A DNA stretch of 64,000 bases from Eledone cirrhosa. Lineage: Eukaryota. The position numbers and the translations under genes are program-made. This document shows positions 1-15,700 of this stretch, in pieces. Numbering within the stretch: the stretch's first letter is position 1; every line of letters starts with the position of its first letter. A model generated the notes under the pieces. That model was given only the letters and a program-made list of their open reading frames with translations. It was not told the origin of the DNA and did no database searches. The stretch spans positions 158,472,001 through 158,536,000 of the forward strand of contig OZ024742.1 of NCBI GenBank assembly GCA_964016885.1, in the 5' to 3' direction.

Positions 1-185
1 ACAACAACAACAGCAACGGTAGCAGCAGTAGCAAGAACGACAGCAACAATAGCAACAACAACAAGAGCAACGGTAGCCGCACTAGCAAGAACGACAACAA
101 CAGTAGCAACAACAACAACAGCAACACTAGATGCAGGAACAAAAACAACATCAATATAGCTGCAACAACAACATCAACATCGCTG

Positions 186-1030
186 CTGCAACAACAACAC
201 CAACAATAGCTGCAGCAACAACACCAACAATAGCTGCAGCAGCAACAGCTGCAACAACAACAGCAATAATAGCTGCAGCAACAACACCAACAATAGCTGC
301 AGCAACAACACCAACAATAGCTGCAGCAACAACAGCAACAACAGCTGCAACAACAACACCAACAATAGCTGCAGCAACAACACCAATAATAGCTGCAGCA
401 ACAACACCAACAATAGCTGCAGCAACAACAGCAACAATAGCTGCAGCAACAACAGCAACAATAGCTGCAGCAACAACAGCTGCAACAACAACACCAACAA
501 TAGCTGCAGCAACAACACCAACAATAGCTGCATCAACAACACCAACAATAGCTGCAGCAACACCACCAACAATAGCTGCAGCAACAACAGCTGCAACAAC
601 AACACCAACAATAGCTGCAGCAACAACACCAACAATAGCTGCAACAACAACACCAACAATAGCTGCAGCAACAGCAGCAACAATAGCTGCAGCAACAACA
701 GCTGCAACAACAACACCAACAATAGCTGCAGCAACAACACCAACAATAGCTGCAGCAACAACACCAACAATAGCTGCAGCAACAACAGCTGCAACAACAA
801 CACCAACAATAGCTGCAGCAACAACACCAACAATAGCTGCAGCAACAACACCAACAATAGCTGCAGCAACAACACCAACAATAGCTGCAGCAACAACACC
901 AACAATAGCTGCAGCAACAACACCAGCAATAGCTGCAGCAACAACGCCAACAATAGCTGCAGCAACAACAGCTGCAACAACAACAGCAACAATAGCTGCA
1001 GTAACAAGAATGACAGTAACAATAGCTGCA
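186..1030 (+). repeat. 24-bp minisatellite, unit ACAACACCAACAATAGCTGCAGCA, with interspersed short ACAACAGCTGCA inserts
   Basis: Unit is read directly and repeatedly, e.g. 806-920. The + ORF 131-1045 translates it as (TTPTIAAA)n. Confidence 0.95.
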
Positions 1031-2730
1031 ACAACAACAATATAGCTGCAGCAACATCAGCAACAATATCTGCAGCAACAACAATGAGAGTAACAATAGG
1101 TGCAACAACAACAATGGTAGCAACAATAGTTGCTGCAATAACAGTCACACCAGTATTAGCTGCTGCAACACTGATAACACCAATAGCTGCAGTAACAGCA
1201 ACGACAGAGATAATATATCTGTAGGAACAACAAGGACAACAACAGTAGGTCCAGCAACAAAAATGGTAGCAACAGTAGCTGTAACACACCAAAGACAGCA
1301 ACAATATCTGAAGGAAGAAAGACAACAACTACAAAAACAGTGGCTGCAACAACAATGACAGCAACAATAACTGTAACAACAGCAGCAACAATATCTGCAG
1401 CCACACCAGCAACAGCAACAGTAGCTGCAGGAAAACGACGACATCAACTATAGCTGCAACAACAGAACGACAACAACGTTAGCTGCAGGACTACAACGAT
1501 AGCAAGAGCAGCTGCAACAACAAATATGACAGCTATAGTAACTGCAACAACAGCAATGATAGCAACTATAGCTGCAGCAACAAATATGACAGCAATAGTA
1601 ACTGCAGCAACAGCAACGATAGCAACTATAGCTGCAGCAACAAATATGACAGCAATAGTAACTGCAGCAACAGCAACGATAGCAACTATAGCTGCAGCAA
1701 CAAATATGACAGCAATAGTAACTGCAGCAACAGCAACGATAGCAACTATAGCTGCAGCAACAAATATGAGAGCAATAGTAACTGCAGCAACAACAACGAT
1801 AGCAACAGTAGATGCAACAACAAATATCACAGCAATAGTAACTGCAGCAACAACAATGACATCAACTGTAGCTGCAAGAGTAGAACGACAACAACGTCAG
1901 TAACATTAGATGCAGCACAACAACAATAGCAACGGCAGCTGCAACAATAAATATCACAGCAATAGTAACTGCAGCACTACAACGATAGCAACAGCAGCAA
2001 CAACAAAGATGACAGCAATAGTAACTACAGCACTACAGCGATAGCAACAGTAGCTGCAACAACAAAGATGACAGCAATAGTAACTACAGCACTACAACGA
2101 TAGCAACAGCAGCTGTAACAACAAATATGACACCAATAGAAACTGCAGCACTACAACGATAGCAACAGCAGTTGCAACAAAGATGACAGCAATAGTAACT
2201 AGAGCACTACAGCGATAGCAACAGTAGCTGCAACAACAAAGATGACAGCAATAGTAACTACAGCACTACAACGATAGCAACAGCAGCTGTAACAACAAAT
2301 ATGACAGCAATAGAAACTGGGGAACTACAACGATAGCAACAGCAGCTGCAACAACAAAGATGACAGCAATAGTAACTACAGCACTACAGCGATAGCAACA
2401 GCAGCTGCAACAACAAAGATGACACCAATAGAAACTGCAGCACTACAGCGATAGCAACAGTAGCTGCAGCAACAAATATGACAGCTATAGTAACTACAGC
2501 AACAGCAAATATAGCAACAGAAGCTGCAACAACAAATATGAGAGTAATAGTAACTGCAGCAACAACAACGATAACAACACTAGCTGCAACAGCAAATATG
2601 ACATCAACTGTAGCTGCAAAAGTAGAACGACAATAACATCAGTAACATTAGCTGCAGCACAAAAACAATAGCAGCAACAGCTGCAACAATAAATATGACA
2701 GCAATAGTAACTGCAGCACTACAACGATAG
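1031..2730 (+). repeat. Degenerate transition zone of ACA/GCA/ATA/GTA-phased sequence containing the first, diverged 59-60-bp units
   Basis: Triplet phasing persists but is interrupted by indels. Regular 60-bp units appear at about 1500-1850 and 59-bp GCAGCACTACAACG-type units at about 1970-2460. Confidence 0.85.
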
Positions 2731-5700
2731 CAACAGTAACTGCAGCAACAAAAATGACAGCAATCATACCTGCAGCACTACAACGATAGCAACTGTAGCT
2801 GCAACAACAAATATGGCAGCATTAATATCTGCAGGAACAGCAACGATAGCAACAGTAGCTGCAGCAACAAATAAGACAGCAATAGTAACTGCAGGAACAA
2901 CAACGATGGCAACAGTAGCTGCAGCAACAAATATAACAGCAATAGTAACTGCAGGAACGTCAACGATAGCAACAGTAGATGCAGCAACAACAACGATAGC
3001 AACAGTAGCTGCAGCAACAAATATGACAACAATAGTAACTGCAGCACAACAACGATAGAAACTGTAGCTGCAGCAACAAATATAACAGCAATAGTAACTG
3101 CAGGAACAACAACGATGGCAACAGTAGCTGCAGCAACAAATATAACAGCAATAGTAACTGCAGCAACAACAACGATAGCAACTGTAGCTGCAGCAACAAA
3201 TATGACAGCAATAGTAACTGCAGGAACAACAACGATAGCAACAGTAGCTGCAGCAACAAATATGACAGCAATAGTAACTGCAGGAACAACAACGATGGCA
3301 ACAGTAGCTGCAGCAACAAATATAACAGCAATAGTAACTGGAGCAACAACAACGTTGGCAACAGTAGCTGCAGCAACAAATATAACAGCAATAGTAACTG
3401 CAGGAACAGCAACGATAGCAACAGTAGCTGCAGCACCAAGTATGACAGCAATAGTAACTGCAGGAACAACAACGATAGCAACAGTAGCTGCATCAACAAA
3501 TATGACAGCAATAGTAACTGCAGGAACAACAACGATGGCAACAGTAGCTGCAGCAACAAATATGACAGCAATAGTAACTGCAGGAACAACAACGATGGCA
3601 ACAGTAGCTGCAGCAACAAATATAACAGCAATAGTAACTGCAGCAACAACAACGATGGCAACAGTAGCTGCAGCAACAAATATGACAGCAATAGTAACTG
3701 CAGCAACAACAACGATAGCAACTGTAGCTGCAGCAACAAATATGACAGCAATAGTAACTGCAGGAACATCAACGATAGCACCTGTAGCTGCAGCAACAAA
3801 TATAACAGCAATAGTAACTGCAGCAACAACAAAGATAGCAACAGTAGTTGCAGCAACAAATATAACAGCAATAGTAACTGCAGGAACAGCAACGATAGCA
3901 ACAGTAACTGCAGCAACAAAAATGACAGCAATCATACCTGCAGCACTACAACGATAGCAACTGTAGCTGCAACAACAAATATGGCAGCATTAATATCTGC
4001 AGGAACAGCAACGATAGCAACAGTAGCTGCAGCAACAAATATGACAGCAATAGTAACTGCAGGAACAACAACGATGGCAACAGTAGCTGCAGCAACAAAT
4101 ATAACAGCAATAGTAACTGCAGGAACGTCAACGATAGCAACAGTAGATGCAGCAACAACAACGATAGCAACAGTAGCTGCAGCAACAAATATGACAACAA
4201 TAGTAACTGCAGCACAACAACGATAGCAACTGTAGCTGCAGCAACAAATATAACAGCAATAGTAACTGCAGGAACAACAACGATGGCAACAGTAGCTGCA
4301 GCAACAAATATAACAGCAATAGTAACTGCAGCAACAACAACGATAGCAACTGTAGCTGCAGCAACAAATATGACAGCAATAGTAACTGCAGGAACAACAA
4401 CGATAGCAACAGTAGCTGCAGCAACAAATATGACAGCAATAGTAACTGCAGGAACAACAACGATGGCAACAGTAGCTGCAGCAACAAATATAACAGCAAT
4501 AGTAACTGGAGCAACAACAACGATGGCAACAGTAGCTGCAGCAACAAATATAACAGCAATAGTAACTGCAGGAACAGCAACGATAGCAACAGTAGCTGCA
4601 GCACCAAATATGACAGCAATAGTAACTGCAGGAACAACAACGATAGCAACAGTAGCTGCAGCAACAAATATGACAGCAATAGTAACTGCAGGAACAACAA
4701 CGATGGCAACAGTAGCTGCAGCAACAAATATGACAGCAATAGTAACTGCAGGAACAACAACGATGGCAACAGTAGCTGCAGCAACAAATATAACAGCAAT
4801 AGTAACTGCAGCAACAACAACGATGGCAACAGTAGCTGCAGCAACAAATATGACAGCAATAGTAACTGCAGCAACAACAACGATAGCAACTGTAGCTGCA
4901 GCAACAAATATGACAGCAATAGTAACTGCAGGAACATCAACGATAGCACCTGTAGCTGCAGCAACAAATATAACAGCAATAGTAACTGCAGCAACAACAA
5001 CGATAGCAACAGTAGCTGCAGCAACAAATATAACAGCAATAGTAACTGCAGGAACAGCAACGATAGCAACAGTAACTGCAGCAACAAATATAACAGCAAT
5101 AGTAACTGCGGCAACAACAACGATAGCAACAGTAGCTGCAGCAACAAATATGACAGCAATAGTAGCTGCAGGAACAGCAACGATAGCAACAGTACCTGCA
5201 GCAACAAATATAACAGCAATAGTAACTGCAGCAACAACAACGATAGCAACACTAGCTGCAGCAACAAATATAACAGCAATAGTAACTGCAGCAACAACAA
5301 CGATAGCAACAGTAGCTGCAGCAACAAATATAACGGCAATAGTAACTGCAGCAACAACAACGATAGCAACTGTAGCTGCAGCAACAAATATAACAGCAAT
5401 AGTAACTGCAGCAACAACAACGATAGCAACAGTACCTGCAGCAACAAATATAACAGCAATAGTAACTGCAGGAACAGCAACGATAGCAACAGTAGCTGCA
5501 GCAACAAATATAACAGCAATAGTAACTGCAGCAACAACAACGATAGCAACAGTAGCTGCAGCAACAAATATAACAGCAATAGTAACTGCAGCAACAACAA
5601 CGATAGCAACACTAGCTGCAGCAACAAATATGACAGCAATAGTAACTGCAGGAAAAGCAACGGTAGCAACTGTAGCTGCAGCAACAAATATAACAGCAAT

Positions 5701-6377
5701 AGTAACTGCAGCAACAACAACGATAGCAACAGTAGCTGCAGCAACAAATATAACAGCAATAGTAACTGCAGCAACAACAACGATAGCAACAGTACCTGCA
5801 GCAACAAATATAACAGCAATAGTAACTGCAGGAACAACAACGATAGCAACAGTAGCTGCAGCAACAAATATAACAGCAATAGTAACTGTAGCAACAACAA
5901 CGATAGCAACAGTAGCTGCAGCAACAAATATAAAAGCAATAGTAACAGCAGCAACAACAACGATAGCAACAGTACCTGCAGCAACAAATATAACAGCAAT
6001 AGTAACTGCAGCAACAACAACGATAGCAACAGTAGCTGCAGCAACAAATATGACAGCAATAGTAACTGCAGCAACAACAACGATAGCAACAGTAGCTGCA
6101 GCAACAAATATGATAGCAATAGTAACTTCAGGAACAGCAACGATAGCAACAGTAGCTGCAGCAACAAATATAACAGCAATAGTAACTGCAGCAACAACAA
6201 CGATAGCAACAGTAGCTCCAGCAACAAATATAACAGTAATAGTAACTGCAGCAACAACGACGATAGCAACAGTAGCTGCAGCAACAAATATAACAGCAAT
6301 AGTAACTGCAGCACTACAACGATAGCAACAGTAGCTGCAGCAACAAATATAACAGCAATAGTAACTGCAGCAACAAC

Positions 6378-6730
6378 AACTACATCAGCAGTAGTTGCAA
6401 CAACAACAACCACTGCAGGAACTACAGTAACAGTAACTGCAAGAACAAAAATGACAGCAGCAGTAGCTGCAGCAATAATAAAGATAGCAATAGTAACTGC
6501 AACAACAACAAAGACAGCAGCAGTAACCGCAATATTAGTGGCAGCAACAATATCAGCGCCGATATTTAGAACAAAAATAACGCAACAGTAGCTGCAACAA
6601 CAACGACAATGGCAGCAACACTAGCTACCATATCAACGACAGTAACAATAGCTGCACCAACAATAATAACAACAAGAACAACAACAAAAACAAAAACAAC
6701 AACAGAAAAAATAACAGCAACAAAAACAAC
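6378..6730 (+). repeat. Diverged ~350-bp cassette, copy 1 (copy 2 at 55383-55735)
   Basis: Shares non-array strings GCAAGAACAAAAATGACAGCA, GCAATATTAGTGGCAGCAACAATATCAGCG and GATATTTAGAACAA with copy 2. ORFs 6609 and 55614 both start MAATLATISTTVTIAAPT (offset 49005). Confidence 0.9.
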
Positions 6731-9700
6731 GATAACAACACTAGCTGCAACAGCAGATATGACATCAACTGTAGCTGCAAAAGTAGAACGACAATAACAT
6801 CAGTAACATTAGCTGCAGCACAAAAACAACAGCAGCAACAGCTGCAACAATAAATATGACAGAAATTGTAACTGCAGCACTACCACGATAGCAAAAGCAG
6901 CTGCAACAAAAACTACATCAGCAATAGAAACTGCAGCACTACAACGATAGCAACAGTAGCTGCAGCAACAAAAATGACAGCAATCGTACCTGCAGCACTA
7001 CAACGATAGCAACAGTAGCTGCAGCAACAAATATGACAGCAATAGTAACTGCAGCAACAACAACGATCGCAACTGTAGCTGCAGCAACAAATATGACAGC
7101 AATAGTAACTGCAGCAACAACAACGATAGCAACAGTAGCTGCAGCAACAAATATGACAGCAATAGTAACTGCAGCAACAACAACGATAGCAACAGTAGCT
7201 GCAGCAACAAATATGACAGCAATAGTAACTGCAGCAACAACAACGATAGCAATAGTAGCTGCAACAACAAATATGACAGCAATAGTAACTGCAGCAACAG
7301 CAACGATAGCAACTGTAGCTGCAGCAACAAATATGACAGCAATAGTAACTGCAGCAACAGCAACGATAGCAACTATAGCTGCAGCAACACATATAACAGC
7401 AATAGTAACTGCAGCAACAGCAACGATAGCAACTATAGCTGCAGCAACACATATGACAGCAATAGTAACTGCAGCAACAGCAACGATAGCAACTATAGAT
7501 GCATCAACAAATATGAGAGCAATAGTAACTGCAGCAACAACAACGATAGCAACAGTAGCTGCAACAACAAATATCACAGCAATAGTAACTGCAGCAACAA
7601 CAATGACATCAACTGTAGCTGCAACAATAGAACGACAACAACGTCAGTAACATTAGATGCAGCACAACAACAATAGCAACGGCAGCTGCAACAATAAATA
7701 TGACAGCAATAGTAACTGCAGCACTACAACGATAGCAAAAGCAGCTGCAACAAAAACTACATCAGCAATAGAAACTGCAGCACTACAACGATAGCAACAG
7801 TAGCTGCAGCAACAAAAATGACAGCAATCGTACCTGCAGCACTACAACGATAGCAACTGTAGCTGCAACAACAAATATGGCAGCATTATTATCTGCAGGA
7901 AGAGCAACGATAGCAACAGTAGCTGCAGCAACAGATATAACAGCAATAGTAACTGCAGCAACAACAACGATAGCAACAGTAGCTGCAGCAACAAATATGA
8001 CAGCAATAGTAACTGCAGGAACAGCAACGATAGCAACAGTAGCTGCAGCAACAAATATGACAGCAATAGAAACTGCAGCAACAACAATGATAGCAACTGT
8101 AGCTGCAGCAACAAATATGACAGCAATAGTAACTGCAGCAGCAGCAACGATAGCAACTATAGCTGCAGCAACAAATATGACAGCAATAGTAACTGCAGCA
8201 AGCAGCAACGATAGCAACTATAGCTGCATCAACAAATATGAGAGCAATAGTAACTGCAGCAACAACAACGATAGCAATAGTAACTGCAGCAACAACAACG
8301 ATAGCAACAGTAGCTGCAACAACAAATATCTCAGCAATAGTAACTGCAGCAACAACAATGACATCAACTGTAGCTGCAACAGTAGAACGACAACCACGTC
8401 AGTAACATTAGATGCAGCACAACAACAATAGCAACGGCAGCTGCAACAATGAATATCACAGCAATAGTAACTGCAGCACTACAACGATAGCAACAGCAGC
8501 AACAACAAAGATGACAGCAATAGTAACTACAGAACTACAGCGATAGCAACGGCAGCTGCAACAACAAAGATGACAGCAATAGTAACTACAGAACTACAAC
8601 GATAGCAACAGCAGCTGCAACAACAAATAGGACACCAATAGAAACTGCGGCACTACAACGATAGCAACAGCAGCTGCAACAACAAAGATGACAGCAATAC
8701 TAACTCCAGAACTACAGCGATAGCAACAGCAGCTGCAACAACAAAGATGACACCAATAGAAACTGCGGCACTACAGCGATAGCAACAGTAGCTGCAGCAA
8801 CAAATATGACAGCAATAGTAACTGCAGGAACAGCAACAATAGCAACAGTAGCTGCAGCAACAAATATAACAGCAATAGTAACTGCAGCAACAACAACGAT
8901 AGCAACAGTAGCTGCAGCAACAAATATGACAGCAATAGAAACTGCAGCACTACAACGATAGCAACAAATATGACAGCAATAGTAACTGCAGGAACAGCAC
9001 CGATAGCAACAGTAGCTGCAACAACAAATATGACAGCAATAGTAACTGCAGGAACCACAACGATAGCAACAGTAGCTGCAGCAACAAATATGACAGCATT
9101 AGAAACTGCAGGAACAGCAACGATAGCAACTGTAGCTGCAGCAACAAATATGACAGCAATAGAAACTGCAGCACTACAACGATAGCAACAAATATGACAG
9201 CAATAGTAACTGCAGGAACAGCAACGATAGCAACAGTAGCTGCAGCAACAAATATGGCAGCAATAGTAACTGCAGCAACAACAACGATAGCAACAAATTT
9301 GACAGCAATAGTAACTGCAGCAACAACAACGATAGCAACAGTAGCTGCAACAACAAATATAACAGCAATAGTAACTGCAGCAACAACAACGATAGCAACA
9401 GTAGCTGCAGCAACAAATATGACAGCAATAGTAACTGCAGCAACAACAACGATAGCAACAGTAGCTGCAGCAACAAATATAACAGCAATAGTAACTGCAG
9501 GAAGAACAACGATAACAACTGTAGCTGTAGCAACAAATATGACAGTAATAGTAACTGCAGGAACAGCAACGATAGCAACAGTAGCTGCAGCAACAAATAT
9601 AACAGCAATAGTAACTGCAGCAACAACAACGATAGCAACAGTAGCTGCAGCAACAAATATAACAGCAATAGTAACTGCAGCAACAACAACGATAGCAACA

Positions 9701-12700
9701 GTAGCTGCAGCAACAAATATAACAGCAATAGTAACTGCAGCAACAACAACGATAGCAACAGTAGCTGCAGCAACAAATATGACAGCAATAGTAACTGCAG
9801 CAACAACAATGATAGCAACTGTAGCTGCAGCAACAAATATAACAGCAATAGTAACTGCAGCAACAACAACGATAGCAACTGTAGCTGCAGCGACAAATAT
9901 GACAGCAATAGTAACTGCAGCAACAACAACGATAGCAACTGTAGCTGCAGCAACAAATATAACAGCAATAGTAACTGCAGCAACAACAACGATAGCAACT
10001 GTAGCTGCAGCAACAAATATAACAGCAATAGTAACTGCAGCAACAACAACGATAGCAACAGTAGCTGCAGCAACAAATATGACAGCAATAGAAACTGCAG
10101 CACTACAACGATAGCAACAAATATGACAGCAATAGTAACTGCAGGAACAGCAACGATAGCAACAGTAGCTGCAGCAACAAATATGACAGCAATAGTAACT
10201 GCAGGAACCACAACGATAGCAACAGTAGCTGCAGCAACAAATATGACAGCATTAGAAACTGCAGGAACAGCAACGATAGCAACTGTAGCTGCAGCAACAA
10301 ATATGACAGCAATAGAAACTGCAGCACTACAACGATAGCAACAAATATGACAGCAATAGTAACTGCAGGAACAGCAACGATAGCAACAGTAGCTGCAGCA
10401 ACAAATATGACAGCAATAGAAACTGCAGCACTACAACGATAGCAACAAATTTGACAGCAATAGTAACTGCAGCAACAACAACGATAGCAACAGTAGCTGC
10501 AGCAACAAATATGACAGCAATAGTAACTGCAGCAACAACAACGATAGCAAAAGTAGCTGCAGCAACAAATATAGCAGCAATAGTAACTGCAGGAACAACA
10601 ACGATAACAACTGTAGCTGTAGCAACAAATATGACAGTAATAGTAACTGCAGCAACAACATCGATAGCAACTGTAGCTGCAGCAACAAATATGACAGCAA
10701 TAGTAACTGCAGGAACAGCAACAATAGCAACAGTAGCTGCAGCAACAAATATGACAGCAATAGAAACTGCAGCACTACAACGATAGCAACAGTAGCTGCA
10801 GCAACAAATATAACAGCAATAGTAACTGCAGGAACAACAACGATAGCAACTGTAGCTGTAGCAACAAATATGACAGCAATAGTAACTGCAGCAACAACAA
10901 CGATAGCAACAGTAGCTGCAGCAACAAATATGACAGCAATAGTAATTGCAGCAACAACAACGATAGCAACTGTAGCTGCAGCAACAAATATGACAGCAAT
11001 GGTAACTGCAGAACAACAACGATAGCTACAGTAGCTGCAGCAACAAATATAACAGCAATAGTAACTGCAGCAACAACAACGATAGCAACTGTAGCTGCAG
11101 CAACAAATATGACACCAATAGTAACTGCAGCAACAACAACGATAGCAACAGTAGCTGCAGCAACAAATATGACAGCAATAGTAACTGCAGCAACAACAAC
11201 GATAGCAACAGTAGCTGCAGCAACAAATATAACAGCAATAGTAACTGCAGGAACAGCAACGATAGCAACAGTAGCTGCAGCAACAAATATAACAGCAATA
11301 GTAACTGCAGCAACAACAACGATAGCAACAGTAGCTGCAGCAACAAATATAACAGCAATAGTAACTGCAGCAACAACAACGATAGCAACAGTAGCTGCAG
11401 CAACAAATATAACAGCAATAGTAACTGCAGCAACAACAACGATAGCAACAGTAGCTGCAACAGCAACTATAACAGCAACAGTAACTGCAGCAACAACAAC
11501 GATAGCAACAGTAGCTGCAGCAACAAATATGACAGCAATAGTAACTGCAGCAACAACAATGATAGCAACTGTAGCTGCAGCAACAAATATAACAGCAATA
11601 GTAACTGCAGCAACAACAACGATAGCAACAGTAGCTGCAGCACCAAATATAACAGCAATAGTAACTGCAGGAACAGCAACGGTAGCAACTGTAGCTGCAG
11701 CAACAAATATAACAGCAATAGTAACTGCAGCAACAGCAACGATAGCAACTGTAGCTGCAGCGACAAATATGACGGCAATAGTAACGGCAGCAACAACAAC
11801 GATAGCAACTGTAGCTGCAGCAACAAATATAACAGCAATAGTAACTGCAGCAACAACAACGATAGCAACTGTAGCTGCAGCAACAAATATAACAGCAATA
11901 GTAACTGCAGCAACAACAACGATAGCAACAGTAGCTGCAGCAACAAATATGACAGCAATAGTAGCTGCAGCAACAACAACGATAGCAACTGTAGCTGCAG
12001 CAACAAATATAACAGCAATAGTAACTGCTGCAACAACAACGATAGCAACAGTAGCTGCAGCAACAAATATAACAGCAATAGTAACTGCAGTAACAGCAAC
12101 GATAGCAACTGTAGCTGCAGCAACAAATATAACAGCAATAGTAACTGCAGCAACAACAACGATAGCAACAGTAGCTGCAGCAACAAATATGACAGCAATA
12201 GAAACTGCAGCACTACAACGATAGCAACAAATATGACAGCAATAGTAACTGCAGCAACAACAACGATAACAACAGTAGCTGCAGCAACAAATATAACAAC
12301 AATAGTACCTGCAGCAACAACAACGATAGCAACAGTAGCTGCAGCAACAAATATGACAGCAATAGTAACTGCAGCAACAACAACGATAGCAACAGTAGCT
12401 GCAGCAACAAATATAACAGCAATAGTAACTGCAGGAACAGCAACAATAGCAACAGTAGCTGCAGCAACAAATATAACAGCAATAATAACTGCAGGAACAG
12501 CAACGATAGCAACAGTAGCTGCAGCAACAAATATAACAGCAATAGTAACTGCAGCAACAACAACGATAGCAACAGTAGCTGCAGCAACAAATATAACAGC
12601 AATAGTAACTGCAGGAACAGCAACAATAGCAACAGTAGCTGCAGCAACAAATATAACAGCAATAGTAACTGCAGCAACAGCAACGATAGCAACTGTAGCT

Positions 12701-15700
12701 GCAGCAACAAATATGACAGCAATAGTAACTGCAGCAACAACAACGATAGCAACTGTAGCTGCAGCAACAATTATAACAGCAATAGTAACTGCAGCAACAA
12801 CAACGATAGCAACTGTAGCTGCAGCAACAAATATAACAGCAATAGTAACTGCAGCAACAACAACGATAGCAACAGTAGCTGCAGCAACAAATATAACAGC
12901 AATAGTAACTGCAGCAACAACAACGATAGCAACAGTAGCTGCAGCAACAAATATAACAGCAATAGTAACTGCAGGAACAGCAACAATAGCAACTGTAGCT
13001 GCAGCAACAAATATGACAGCAATAGTAACTGCAGGAACAGCAACGATATCAACTGTAGCTGCAGCAACAAATATAACAGCAATAATAACTGCAGGAACTG
13101 CAACGATAGCAACTGTAGCTGCAGCAACAAATATAACAGCAATAGTAACTGCAGGAACAGCAACGATAGCAACTGTAGCTGCAGCAACATATATAACAGC
13201 AATAGTAACTGCAGGAACAGCAAAGATAGCAACTGTAGCTGCAGCAACAAATATGACAGCAATAGTAACTGCAGCAACAACAACGATAGCAACTGTAGCT
13301 GCAGCAACAAATATTACAGCAATAGTAACTGCAGGAACAGCAACGATAGCAATAGTAGCTGCAACAATAAATATGACAGTAATAGTAACTGCAGCAACAA
13401 CAAGGATAGCAACTGTAGCTGCAGCAACAAATATGACAGCAATAGTAACTGCAGCAACAACAACGATAGCAACTGTAGCTGCAGCAACAAATATGACAGC
13501 AATAGTAATTGCAGCAACTACAACGATAGCAACAGTAGCTGCAGCAACAAATATGACAGCATTAATATCTGCAGGAACAGCAACGATAGCAACAGTAGCT
13601 GCAGCAACAAATATGACAGCAATAGTAACTGCAGGAACAACAACGATAGCAACAGTAGCTGCAGCAACAAATATGACAGCAATAGTAACTGCAGGAACAA
13701 CAACGATAGCAACAGTAGATGCAGCAACAAATATGACAGCAATAGTAACTGCAGCAACAGCAACGATAGCAACAGTAGCTGCAGCAACAAATATAACAGC
13801 AATAGTAACTGCAGCAACAACAACGATGGCAACTGTAGCTGCAGCAACAAATATAACAGCAATAGTAACTGCAGCAACAACAACGATAGCAACAGTAGCT
13901 GCAGCAACAAATATGACAGCAATAGTAACTGCAGCAACACAACGATGGCAACAGTAGCTGCAACAACAAATATGACAGCAATAGTAACTGCAGCAACAAC
14001 AACGATGGCAACAGTAGCTGCAGCAACAAATATAACAGCAATAGTAACTGCAGCAACAACAACGATAGCAACAGTAGCTGCAGCAACAAATATGACACCA
14101 ATAGTAACTGCAGCAACAACAACGATAGCAACAGTAGCTGCAGCAACAAATATGACAGCAATAGTTACTGCAGCAACAACAACAATAGCAACAGTAGCTG
14201 CAGCAACAAATATAACAGCAATAAAAACTGCAGGAACAGCAACGATAGCAACAGTAGCTGCAGCAACAAATATAACAGCAATAGTAACTGCAGCAACAAC
14301 AACGATAGCAACAGTAGCTGCAGCAACAAATATAACAGCAATAGTAACTGCAGGAACAGCAACAATAGCAACAGTAGCTGCAGCAACAAATATAACAGCA
14401 ATAGTAACTGCAGCAACAGCAACGATAGCAACTGTAGCTGCAGCAACAAATATGGCAGCAATAGTAACTGCAGCAACAACAACGATAGCAACTGTAGCTG
14501 CAGCAACAATTATAACAGCAATAGTAACTGCAGCAACAACAACGATAGCAACTGTAGCTGCAGCAACAAAAATATACAGCAATAGTAACTGCAGCAACAA
14601 CAACGATAGCAACAGTAGCTGCAGCAACAAATATAACAGCAATAGTAACTGCAGGAACAGCAACAATAGCAACTGTAGCTGCAGCAACACATATGACAGC
14701 AATAGTAACTGCAGGAACAGCAACGATATCAACTGTAGCTGCAGCAACAAATATAACAGCAATAATAGCTGCAGGAACAGCAACGATAGCAACTGTAGCT
14801 GCAGCAACAAATATGACAGCAATAGTAACTGCAGCAACAACAACGATAGCAACAGTAGCTGCAGCAACAAATATAACAACAATAGTACCTGCAGCAACAA
14901 CAACGATAGCAACAGTAGCTGCAGCAACAAATATGACAGCAATAGAAACTGCAGCAACAACAACGATAGCAACAGTAGCTGCAGCAAAAAATATAACAGC
15001 AATAGTAACTGCAGGAACAACAACGATAGCAACTGTAGCTGCAGCAACATATATGACAGCAATAGTAACTGCAGCAACAACAACGATAGCAACAGTAGCT
15101 GCAGCAACAAATATGACACCAATAGTAACTGCAGCAACAACAACGATAGCAACAGTAGCTGCAGCAACAAATATGACAGCAATAGTTACTGCAGCAACAA
15201 CAACAATAGCAACAGTAGCTGCAGCAACAAATATAACAGCAATAAAAACTGCAGGAACAGCAACGATAGCAACAGTAGCTGCAGCAACAAATATAACAGC
15301 AATAGTAACTGCAGGAACAACAACGATAGCAACTGTAGCTGCAGCAACATATATGACAGCAATAGTAACTGCAGCAACAACAACGATAGCAACAGTAGCT
15401 GCAGCAACAAATATGACAGCAATAGTAACTGCAGCAACATCAACGATAGCAACAGTAGCTGCAGCAACAAATATAACAGCAATAGTAACTGCAGCAACAA
15501 CAACGATAGCAACAGTAGCTGCAGCAACAAATATAACAGCAATAGTAACTGCAGGAACAGCAACAATAGCAACAGTAGCTGCAGCAACAAATATAACAGC
15601 AATAGTAACTGCAGCAACAGCAACGATAGCAACTGTAGCTGCAGCAACAAATATGACAGCAATAGTAACTGCAGCAACAACAACGATAGCAACTGTAGCT

